64,000 bases of DNA from Chloroflexota bacterium (lineage in GTDB: Bacteria > Chloroflexota > Dehalococcoidia > UBA2247 > RBG-13-53-26): the NCBI GenBank assembly GCA_016875915.1, contig VGOM01000005.1, positions 23,418 through 87,417 on the forward strand, read 5' to 3'. The notes beneath the pieces were generated by a model that saw nothing but the letters and a program-made list of their open reading frames with translations, searched no databases and was not told the origin of the DNA. Positions within the stretch are counted from its first letter, which is position 1, and each line of letters opens with the position of its first letter. Shown in pieces: positions 1 through 7,967 of this stretch. The position numbers and the translations under genes were made by a program.

Positions 1-526
1 CCATGGCCGTCAGATCATGACCCAACTGATCCAGCGTGGGGGTCTTGCTGGAGCTCTTGGCGCCGGGCTGACCCTGGGCCGCTCCCTGATTCAGGATGCG
101 GACCACCTCCGCGCGGGCGCGTTCTAGGTTCACACCCAGGCTCTCCAGGACCCCACCGGCCACCCCTTCCCCCTCGCGCAGCAGCCCCAGCAGAAGGTGC
201 TCTGTGCCAACATAGCTGTGGTTCAGGCGGCGGGCCTCGTCCACAGCGAACTCGATGACCCTCTTCGCCCTGGGCGTGAGCCCCACCTCGGCCGAGCCGG
301 TCTTGCCACCCCGGCCGATGATGAACTCCACCGCCGAGCGGACCTTGTTCAGGTCTATCTCCAGGTTGGTCAGCACCTTGGCTGCCACGCCATCGCTCTC
401 CCGAACTAGTCCCAGCAGGATGTGCTCCGTGCCGATGTAGTTGTGATTGAACCGCTGCGCCTCTTCCTGAGCATAGGTCAGAGCGCGGCGCGCACGCTCG
501 GAGAACTTCTCAAATCGACTCGCCAT
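1..526 (-). CDS. clpC: ATP-dependent Clp protease ATP-binding subunit ClpC, N-terminal part (two Clp_N repeats); gene continues beyond window edge
   Basis: Reverse-strand translation MASRFEKFSERARRALTYAQEEAQRFNHNYIGTEHILLGLVRE...RAKRVIEFAVDEARRLNHSYVGTEHLLLGLLREGEG shows duplicated Clp_N motif; ATG at 524-526 preceded by GAGGGGAT SD. Confidence 0.85.
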   Translation of the reverse strand, partial: MASRFEKFSERARRALTYAQEEAQRFNHNYIGTEHILLGLVRESDGVAAKVLTNLEIDLNKVRSAVEFIIGRGGKTGSAEVGLTPRAKRVIEFAVDEARRLNHSYVGTEHLLLGLLREGEGVAGGVLESLGVNLERARAEVVRILNQGAAQGQPGAKSSSKTPTLDQLGHDLTAM

Positions 527-552
527 ATCCCCTCAACACCTCACTGTCTCAA

Positions 553-580
553 CAGCCCCCACTATAGCACAAAAGACATG
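553..580 (-). promoter_or_regulatory. Putative extended -10 promoter (TTTTGTGCTATAGTG) for clpC
   Basis: On clpC sense strand TTTTGTGCTATAGTGG about 35 nt upstream of ATG; the same TTTGTGCTATA core recurs upstream of ftsH. Confidence 0.4.
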
Positions 581-736
581 AAAAGGAAAGCGGCTTGAGC
601 GTCATTTCCTCTGCGGACGGCACGCTCCGCCGAGGACGGCCGCCATCCTCACATCCCGTGCTCAGCCAAGCTTGACCCGCTCCCTGCCCAGCGACTATGA
701 TGAGAGCAGAGTGTCTCCTGTGAGGCCGCTGCCGCC

Positions 737-1858
737 ATGGCTCTGAAGAAGGACTACTACAGCCTGCTGGGTGTCACCCGGGAGGCCTCTCCGGAGGAGA
801 TACGGAAGGCCTTCCGCCGGCTGGCCTTCAGGTACCACCCCGACCACAACCACCACGAAGGAGCGGCGGAGAGATTCAAGGAGATCGTCGAGGCCTACCA
901 GGTCCTCAGCAACACCGACAGAAGGACCACCTATGACCGCCTCGGGCATGCCGACGACGACCGGAGATTTGACGGCTTCGGAGATTTCTCCGCGGGACTG
1001 GGCGACGTTTTCGACGCCTTCTTCGCCGGCTCCATCCCCGTCCAGAGACGCACCCCGCAGCGGGGAGCTGACATCCGCTGCGAAGTCAACACAACCTTCG
1101 AGGAAGCGGTCCGCGGCTGCCGCAAAGAGGTCGAGGTGGTCCGCATGGAGAACTGCCCTCGTTGTCTCGGCAGCGGTTGCGAACCGGGGACGCAGCCGGC
1201 CGCCTGCCCCGACTGCAACGGCATTGGCGAGGTGCGCCGGAGTCGACATAACGTCTTCGGCCGCTTCGTCAACCGGGCCATCTGCAGCCAGTGCGACGGT
1301 GAGGGCAGCGTCATCATCCAGCCCTGCACCCACTGTCAGGGCACGGGAAGGCGGCGCACACGGAGCACCGTATCAGTGGCCCTGCCCCCCGGCGTGAAGA
1401 ACCACGCGCAGATCAAGCTGCCGGGCCAGGGGGAGACCGGAGCCAGGGGAGGCCCCCCGGGCGAACTCCTAATCGCTGTCTCAGTTCAGGAGCACGAGTG
1501 CTTCAAGCGCGATGGCAACGACATTGTCTACGAACTGCCCGTGGACTTCACTCAGGCCGCCCTGGGAGATGACCTGAAGGTGCCCACCATCGACGGCAAA
1601 GTGAAGCTCAACATACCCCCGGGGACCCAGAGCGGGACCATTCTCCGCATCAAAGGCAAAGGCATTCCCTTCGCCGACCGCCACGCCAGGGGCGATCAAC
1701 TGGTCAGGATCAGGGTGGTCACCCCCGAGAACCTCAATGCGGACCAGCGCCGGCTGCTCACGGATCTGGCCCAAAGCCTGGGCAAACCCAGGCCGAGGAA
1801 GAGAGGCAGGGCCTCGACTCCACCGGCCGGTCAGGGAACCCCCGGCCCCGACCGCTAG
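737..1858 (+). CDS. dnaJ: Molecular chaperone DnaJ
   Basis: N-terminal J domain with HPD (YHPDHN), G/F-rich linker, four CxxCxGxG zinc-finger repeats (CPRCLGSG, CPDCNGIG, CSQCDGEG, CTHCQGTG), C-terminal substrate-binding domain. Confidence 0.95.
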   Translation: MALKKDYYSLLGVTREASPEEIRKAFRRLAFRYHPDHNHHEGAAERFKEIVEAYQVLSNTDRRTTYDRLGHADDDRRFDGFGDFSAGLGDVFDAFFAGSIPVQRRTPQRGADIRCEVNTTFEEAVRGCRKEVEVVRMENCPRCLGSGCEPGTQPAACPDCNGIGEVRRSRHNVFGRFVNRAICSQCDGEGSVIIQPCTHCQGTGRRRTRSTVSVALPPGVKNHAQIKLPGQGETGARGGPPGELLIAVSVQEHECFKRDGNDIVYELPVDFTQAALGDDLKVPTIDGKVKLNIPPGTQSGTILRIKGKGIPFADRHARGDQLVRIRVVTPENLNADQRRLLTDLAQSLGKPRPRKRGRASTPPAGQGTPGPDR

Positions 1859-2556
1859 TCTGAACGGCGGTCCGGGCCCCCCGTATCTGCTTTCTCCCAT
1901 TCCTCCGCCCCCATCCGGCGGACAGTCCGTTCGCCGGCTTCACTCCTCCCGCCCAGTCTCAGTTCCACGCCGGCCCGCAAACGCTGGATGTTGTCCCGGT
2001 GCTCGTACAGCACCAGACAGCCGACGGCTGCGGCATAGACCAGATACTCCACCGGTTGCTCCTCGACAATCACCAGGACCGCCATGGACGCGATGGCCAC
2101 GGCGATGCCCGCAATGGAGCCCACGGACATGTAGCGCGTGAGCACACCCAGGCCAAGCACCACTGCCCCGGTGGCCAGCCCCACCGGCCAGTACATGGCG
2201 AACAGCCCTCCCACGAAGACGGCCACCCCCCGCCCTCCCTTGAAACGGATGTAGACCGGCCAGTTGTGGCCCACCACTGCGGCAGCGCCGGCAGCCACCT
2301 GAGCTGCATGCGTCTGAAGTAGCAGCCAGGCAAAGAGAACCGACACCGAACCCTTGGCCACGTCCAGCAGCATGGAGATCAGTCCGGCCTTGCTGCCCAC
2401 GATGCGAATGACGTTGGTGGCGCCGATCTTGCCGCTGCCATACCTCCGGATGTCTATCCCCTTGGCCAGTCGCGAGATGAGAATGCCAAACGGGATGGCA
2501 CCCACCAGGTAGGCAGTGATGATGACGGCCAGGTACTTCAATGCATCCACTGTCAC
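1855..2556 (-). CDS. plsY: Glycerol-3-phosphate acyltransferase PlsY (acyl-phosphate dependent) with ~35 aa C-terminal extension
   Basis: Polytopic membrane protein with GSGKIGATN and HRDNIQRL motifs typical of PlsY; GTG start; 3' end overlaps dnaJ stop by 4 nt (convergent). Confidence 0.8.
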   Translation of the reverse strand: MTVDALKYLAVIITAYLVGAIPFGILISRLAKGIDIRRYGSGKIGATNVIRIVGSKAGLISMLLDVAKGSVSVLFAWLLLQTHAAQVAAGAAAVVGHNWPVYIRFKGGRGVAVFVGGLFAMYWPVGLATGAVVLGLGVLTRYMSVGSIAGIAVAIASMAVLVIVEEQPVEYLVYAAAVGCLVLYEHRDNIQRLRAGVELRLGGRSEAGERTVRRMGAEEWEKADTGGPDRRSD

Positions 2557-2648
2557 CTCGGCTTGTCCCGATGATCTGCTGCTACCGTGTCACCCCAGAG
2601 CGGCCTGTCCGCCCTCGTGCGGTCAGAGCCCCCGGAAGGCCGGGCCCA

Positions 2649-4061
2649 TCAGGAGGGCCTGTCCACCCCCCTATCTTTGCTCTGGAAGACCAGTCTAATA
2701 GGAGTCCCCTGGAAACCGGCGAGCTGGCGGACCCTGTTCTCCAGATGCCTTCGATAGGAGAAATGGACCAGCTTGGCGTCATTGGCCAGAAACACGAAGG
2801 TGGGCGGACTGATCCCCGTCTGTCTGGCGGCGCCTATCTTCAGCCGCCTCCTGGCCCTCTTCGGAGAGATGTGGAGGGCTTCCGCCTCCCTGACAACGGT
2901 CTCCAGGAGAGCCACCGGGAGGGACAGACGGCGCGCCGCGGAGATCCTGCCGGCCATGGGCAGGAGCTTGTCCACTCCGTAGCCGGTCAACGCAGACAGG
3001 CACAGCACCTCTACATAGGGCATGAACTTCACCCTTTGTCTGACCAGGTCCTTCCACGATTTCAGGTAGTCTGGGGCAAGTTGAACCTGACCCCGTGACC
3101 GTGTGGACTGCATGCTGGGAGACTGGGCGCTGTCCCCAGGGCCGGCCACTTCCGATACCAGGTCGATCTTGTTGATGCCCAGTATGGCCCCCTTGTAGGC
3201 ATCGCGGACCAGGCCGAGGATATGGATATCCTGGGCGGTGATCCCCTCAACGGCGTCGACAAGGACCACGGCGATGTCACAGCGGTCGATGGCCTGCTTC
3301 GTCCGCGTGAGGCTGTGCTTCTCCACACCCTTCTCAACTCGGCCCGGCCGCCTGATCCCGGCCGTGTCGATGAGGACCACCTTCGCCCCGTGATAGCGCA
3401 GTAGGGTGTCCACAGCATCGCGGGTGGTCCCGGGCACATCATCGACGATGACCCGATCCTCCCCCAGGAGGGTATTGACCAGGAGGGACTTGCCCACGTT
3501 GGGCCTCCCCACGATGGCGATCTTCATCGCCTTCTCCTCCGGCTCCGCAGGGCCGCCGGGCAGCGAAGGCAGGGAGGCGACGATCCTGTCCTGAAGCTCG
3601 TTGACCCCCCGTCCATGATAGGCGCTGACAGGCAGGGGATCGCCCATGCTCAACTCGTAGAACTGGGCCAGCTCCTGGCGCTGTCCCGGCCCGTCGACCT
3701 TGTTGGCCACCAGGAGGACCGGTTTCTGCGACCGGCGCATGATATCGGCGATATCCTCATCGACAGGCATGACCCCCGTCTGTGCGTCCACCACGAAGAG
3801 CAGCAGATGGGCTTCGCGGATGGCCGCCTCGATCTGGTCCCTGACCTTCCGCCGCAGTCCGGACCCGGGTCGTACCTCCAATCCGCCGCAGTCGATCAGG
3901 GTGAAGTCGTGCCCTTCGAATGAGAGGGCCGCGTGGATGCGGTCGACGGTGGTTCCGGGCAGGTCCTCGACGACGGCGCGCCGTTCACCCACGAGGCGGT
4001 TGAAGAGCGTGGACTTGCCGACGTTCGGCCGGCCGATGATGGCCACTGCTGGTCCGGACAT
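2649..4061 (-). CDS. der: Ribosome-associated GTPase Der (EngA), two tandem GTPase domains plus KH-like C-terminus
   Basis: Two P-loops GRPNVGKS (N-terminal and central), DxxG motifs and NKxD in each domain; GAGAGG SD before ATG. Confidence 0.95.
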   Translation of the reverse strand: MSGPAVAIIGRPNVGKSTLFNRLVGERRAVVEDLPGTTVDRIHAALSFEGHDFTLIDCGGLEVRPGSGLRRKVRDQIEAAIREAHLLLFVVDAQTGVMPVDEDIADIMRRSQKPVLLVANKVDGPGQRQELAQFYELSMGDPLPVSAYHGRGVNELQDRIVASLPSLPGGPAEPEEKAMKIAIVGRPNVGKSLLVNTLLGEDRVIVDDVPGTTRDAVDTLLRYHGAKVVLIDTAGIRRPGRVEKGVEKHSLTRTKQAIDRCDIAVVLVDAVEGITAQDIHILGLVRDAYKGAILGINKIDLVSEVAGPGDSAQSPSMQSTRSRGQVQLAPDYLKSWKDLVRQRVKFMPYVEVLCLSALTGYGVDKLLPMAGRISAARRLSLPVALLETVVREAEALHISPKRARRRLKIGAARQTGISPPTFVFLANDAKLVHFSYRRHLENRVRQLAGFQGTPIRLVFQSKDRGVDRPS

Positions 4062-4069
4062 GGTTCCTC

Positions 4070-4996
4070 TCAGACAGCCTGTCCACCCAGCACCCTGAGC
4101 AGGACTGCCTTCTGAATATGGAGCCGGTTCTCCGCCTGGTCGAAGACCACCGACCTGGGGTGGTCAAGGAGTCCTTCGGCAACCTCCTCACCGTGATGGG
4201 CCGGCAGGGGATGCATCAAGATAGCATCTTCTCCGGCCAGTGACAAGAGCGGCTCATCCACCTGATACGCGGCGAAGGCCCGGCGGCGGGTCTCCGCCTC
4301 CGACTCCTGTCCCATGCTAGTCCACACATCGGTGTACACCACGGCGGCGCCCTTCACGGCGGTCCGGCAGTCGGAGGCAACGGATATGCGGGCTCCGCTC
4401 TTGGCGGCGGAGGCCTTCGCCTGACCCATGGTGGCATCATCCAGTCCATAGCCCGGCGGCGAGGCGATGCAGAAGTCCATGCCCGCCAGCGAGGCAACCA
4501 GGAGCAGGCTCCGGGCCACGTTGTTGCCGTCGCCGACATAGGCCAAACGCAATCCCTTGAGGGCCCCCCGCTTCTCATGGATGGTGAGCAGATCGCCCAG
4601 CGCCTGGCAGGGATGCTCGTGATCGGATAGGCCGTTGATCACGGGCACCCGCGAGTGCCGGGCCAACTCAATCAGCGTCTGATGGGAGTAGGTCCGGCCC
4701 ACGATGCCATCCACGAAGCGGCTCAGGGTCCGGGCTACGTCCGGGATGCTCTCCCTCTTGCCCAGCCCCACCTCCTCCGGCGAGAGATAGACCGCGTGCC
4801 CTCCCAGTTGCCAAATGGCCACGTCGAAGCTGACCCGGGTGCGCAGAGAGGGCTTCTCAAAGACGAGGGCAATGGCCTTGCCTTTGAGAGAGCTGGGGGC
4901 TTCTCCCTGTTTCAGGCTGGCTGCCCTGCTGATGAGGCCCCGAATCTCTTCGGCAGTCAGATCAGCTACTGAGAGCAGGCCTGCTGGAATTGCCAA
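4070..4996 (-). CDS. argF: Ornithine carbamoyltransferase
   Basis: SLRTR carbamoyl-phosphate motif, HPLP...EEV ornithine-binding region; TTG start at 4994-4996 lying inside 3' end of upstream gene. Confidence 0.85.
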   Translation of the reverse strand: MAIPAGLLSVADLTAEEIRGLISRAASLKQGEAPSSLKGKAIALVFEKPSLRTRVSFDVAIWQLGGHAVYLSPEEVGLGKRESIPDVARTLSRFVDGIVGRTYSHQTLIELARHSRVPVINGLSDHEHPCQALGDLLTIHEKRGALKGLRLAYVGDGNNVARSLLLVASLAGMDFCIASPPGYGLDDATMGQAKASAAKSGARISVASDCRTAVKGAAVVYTDVWTSMGQESEAETRRRAFAAYQVDEPLLSLAGEDAILMHPLPAHHGEEVAEGLLDHPRSVVFDQAENRLHIQKAVLLRVLGGQAV

Positions 4997-6114
4997 GACT
5001 TACCTTCTGTTCTGATCGCCGGCGCGATGACCATTTCCACCTGGTGCATCTGGGCGATGGTGGTCGCGCCGCAGACGCCCATGGCTGTTTGCAGTGCACC
5101 GATGAGGTTCTGTGTCCCATCGCTGACCGTGGTCGGTCCGAAGAGGATCTGCTTCAGCGGCGCACGGGTGTCCACCTTGATCCTTCTCCCCCGGGGCAAT
5201 GCCGGGTGGGGGCTGGCCATGCCCCAGTGGTAGCCTCCACCGGGGGCTTCTTCTGCCTGGGCCAGGATGGCACCGAGCATCACCGCGTCGGCGCCGGCCA
5301 CAATGGCCTTGTTCAGATCGCTCCCAGCATGGATGCCCCCGTCGGTGATCAGTGGCACGTAGCGTCCCGTTTCATGGAAGTAGTCATCCCGGGCAGCGGC
5401 GCAGTCCATGGTGGCCGTCACCTGGGGCACACCTATGCCCAGCACCTGCCTGGTGGTGCAGGTGGCTCCGGGCCCGACTCCGACCAGAAGTCCGGCGATG
5501 CCGGTCTTCATCAGTTCCAGGGCGGCGCTGTAGCTGACGCAGTTGCCGACCACAACGGGTATGGGCACCGACCGGCACAGCTCGGAGAAGATCAGCCCCT
5601 TGAGGCTCTTGGACGTATGCCGGGCGGTGGTCACGGTGGACTGGACGACCAGCACATCGGCGCCGGCTTCGACCATGACGGGGGCCAGCCTCTTGGTGTT
5701 GGCCGGTGTGACGGAGACGGCGCAGATCCCGCCCAGCTTCTTGATGGTCCGGATCCTCTCGCCGACGAACTGCTCCTTGATCGGCTGGGTGTAGACCTGC
5801 TGTATCAGGGCGGCCACCTTGTCGCCGGGGGCCGCAGCGATCTGATGGAGGATCTCCTCCGGCTTCTCGTAGCGGGATTGGACACCCTCGAGATTGAGCA
5901 CGGCCAGACCGCCCAGCTTGCTGAACAGCGCGGCGAACTTCGGGTTCACCACGGCATCCATGGCGGCGGCCACAATGGGGATGGAGAAGGTCAGATCGCC
6001 CAGGGTGAAATCGGTGCAGGTCTGTTCGGGGTTGACCGAGACGTCGCCGGGCACAATGGCCACCTCTTCAAAGCCATAGCAGCGTCTCATCTCCTTGAAC
6101 GAACGACCGGCCAT
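4966..6114 (-). CDS. IMP dehydrogenase/GMP reductase family protein (no CBS domains)
   Basis: TIM-barrel IMPDH fold with catalytic-Cys loop GVGPGATCTTR; ATG at 6112-6114 (MAGRSFKEM...); six-frame ORF upstream extension is unsupported. Confidence 0.75.
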   Translation of the reverse strand: MAGRSFKEMRRCYGFEEVAIVPGDVSVNPEQTCTDFTLGDLTFSIPIVAAAMDAVVNPKFAALFSKLGGLAVLNLEGVQSRYEKPEEILHQIAAAPGDKVAALIQQVYTQPIKEQFVGERIRTIKKLGGICAVSVTPANTKRLAPVMVEAGADVLVVQSTVTTARHTSKSLKGLIFSELCRSVPIPVVVGNCVSYSAALELMKTGIAGLLVGVGPGATCTTRQVLGIGVPQVTATMDCAAARDDYFHETGRYVPLITDGGIHAGSDLNKAIVAGADAVMLGAILAQAEEAPGGGYHWGMASPHPALPRGRRIKVDTRAPLKQILFGPTTVSDGTQNLIGALQTAMGVCGATTIAQMHQVEMVIAPAIRTEGKSWQFQQACSQ

Positions 6115-6340
6115 GATGTCACCCCGGAGGAATGTTGCCCCAAAATATATCAAAGAGGACGCAGGCAAGTCAATTTGGGGCCACGCGGGGGGTCGGAAAG
6201 CCGCGGACGGGAACAAAGGGGAGTAGCCCGTCAGGCTGCGGTTGACAGTCGAAGCAACGGCGGCTAGGCTGGAGCCGGCCGGAGCGAAGTGCCCGGGTAT
6301 TGTCCGGCCAACAAGCCGGGGAACTGGGAAGGGGGCAAGG

Positions 6341-7903
6341 ATGGGGACTGATTTCGATGCCATCGTAGTAGGTGCCGGCCACAACGGACTGTCGGCGGCC
6401 ACTGTGCTGGCCAGGAACGGGCTGTCAGTCCTATGCGTGGAGAAGAACGGCTGGGCCGGGGGCATGGCGGCCACCAAGGAGCTGTTCAAGGGCTTCAAGC
6501 ACAACGTGGGCGCCTGGGGCATGCTGGTCTTCCGCGACGAGATGCTCAAACGTCTGGAGTTGGAGAAGTACGGGCTGAAGCTCAACAGGCCGCGCAGCTC
6601 GTACTGCACCTTCGGCGAACCGGGGGACGCGCCTTTCATCGGCTACACGGATATCAACGAGATAGCCAATCACCTGATGAAGGACCACGGGCCGGACGCC
6701 CTGGAGGGGCTGGCGGGAATGTACAACTTCCTACAGAAGTTCAAGGCAGTGTCCGACAGGGATCTCTTCACAGAGGCCCGGCCGCTGGACAGACTGATCG
6801 CGGACGCCCCTGATGACGAGACAAGGAGCATCATCCTCAAGGTCTTCCAGGGCAGGGCCATAGACATCATCCGTCAGTTCTTCCCTGACCCCACCAAGCA
6901 CCGCATCATCCAGGCATCGCTGAGCGCTTCTGCCGTTGACGGGACGTACAAGAGCCCGTTCTCACCGGGCAGCGGGTTCTCACTGGCATACCACTACTGT
7001 ATGAGCGATTCGTATGACTTCCGGACCCCGAAAGGCGGCATTGGGGCTTTCTCGGAGGCGCTGGTGAGGGCGTTCGAGGACCATGGCGGCAAGGTGAAAT
7101 ACGGGGCTCCGGTCAAACGGCTCCTGATCGAGAAGGGAAAGGCCATCGGTGTACAGCTCAGAAACGGCGAGAAGATCTCTGCCAAGGTGGTGATATCCAA
7201 TCTGGATGCCTACGCCACATTCATCGGTCTGGTGGGCGAAGACCAGCTTCCTTCCGACTTCATCCATGCGGTGAAAGAGATCGAGTACCAGAATGGGTAC
7301 ATTCAGGTCCACATGACGCTCAAAGAGATGCCCGAGTTCACCGGCCATGTGGCCTTTGCCAACGAAAACAACATCCGCTGGATCATGGCCTATATCCCAT
7401 CGCCGGAGTATCTGGCCCGCTGCTGTGAGCAGTACCGGCAGGGCCAGGTCCCGGATGAGCCGGTGGCCTACTGCGGCTTCCCCAGTGTCCTTGATCCGAG
7501 CCTGGCACCGGCGGGCTACTACACCTGCACTCTCTTCAGTCAGTATTTCCCGTTCGCAGCACCACGTGACAAGATCAAGGAGCTCAGCCGGGTGATGGCC
7601 GATCGAGCGATAGGTCAGATAGCGGAATTCGCCCCCAACTTCAAGGCGGCGATCATGGACAAGGTTGTCTTCACGCAGCAGTACTTCGAGAGTACCTACG
7701 GGGCTACCCAGGGTGACTATGCCAACGGGCTGATACACCCCGGACAGATGTGGAACAACCGGCCGGTGCCTGGCTGGGGAGGTTACGCCACACCGGTCAA
7801 AGGCCTGTACATGTGCGGTTCCGCCTGCCATCCCGGTCCGGGGATCACCTGTGTCCCGGGCTGGAACGGTGCCCAGCGCGTGCTGCAGGACTGGAAGAAG
7901 TAG
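6341..7903 (+). CDS. FAD-dependent oxidoreductase, phytoene desaturase (CrtI)-like family
   Basis: N-terminal Rossmann dinucleotide motif DAIVVGAGHNGL; ~520 aa amine-oxidase/CrtI-like architecture; GGAAGGGGGCAAGG SD before ATG 6341. Confidence 0.7.
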   Translation: MGTDFDAIVVGAGHNGLSAATVLARNGLSVLCVEKNGWAGGMAATKELFKGFKHNVGAWGMLVFRDEMLKRLELEKYGLKLNRPRSSYCTFGEPGDAPFIGYTDINEIANHLMKDHGPDALEGLAGMYNFLQKFKAVSDRDLFTEARPLDRLIADAPDDETRSIILKVFQGRAIDIIRQFFPDPTKHRIIQASLSASAVDGTYKSPFSPGSGFSLAYHYCMSDSYDFRTPKGGIGAFSEALVRAFEDHGGKVKYGAPVKRLLIEKGKAIGVQLRNGEKISAKVVISNLDAYATFIGLVGEDQLPSDFIHAVKEIEYQNGYIQVHMTLKEMPEFTGHVAFANENNIRWIMAYIPSPEYLARCCEQYRQGQVPDEPVAYCGFPSVLDPSLAPAGYYTCTLFSQYFPFAAPRDKIKELSRVMADRAIGQIAEFAPNFKAAIMDKVVFTQQYFESTYGATQGDYANGLIHPGQMWNNRPVPGWGGYATPVKGLYMCGSACHPGPGITCVPGWNGAQRVLQDWKK

Positions 7904-7967
7904 CGAGCGCGCCGAACTCGGTGGCCCCAGGGTCCATGCTAGAATAGGCGCAGGCAGAAGTCCAAAG

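Noticed and set aside
527-736. Looked for CIRCE (HrcA) or HAIR (HspR) heat-shock operators between clpC and dnaJ
   Set aside because: No TTAGCACTC-N9-GAGTGCTAA or CTTGAGT-N7-ACTCAAG inverted repeats; only the -10-like TTTGTGCTATAGTG motif was found
695-1397. Long ORFs antisense to or frame-shifted within dnaJ (212, 208, 132 aa)
   Set aside because: Overlap a confidently identified DnaJ gene; Ala/Arg/Pro-rich low-complexity translations typical of off-frame reading in 65% GC DNA
2541-4115. Multiple ORFs (185, 126, 132 aa etc.) overlapping der and plsY
   Set aside because: All lie inside or antisense to der/plsY, no motifs, GC-driven open frames
4990-6267. 425-aa plus-strand ORF opposite the IMPDH-family gene, and 557-aa extended version of the IMPDH ORF
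   Set aside because: Plus-strand ORF is Gly/His/Asp-rich with no domains. The true IMPDH-like protein begins at MAGRSFKEM (ATG 6114); the upstream 170 codons are a spurious in-frame extension
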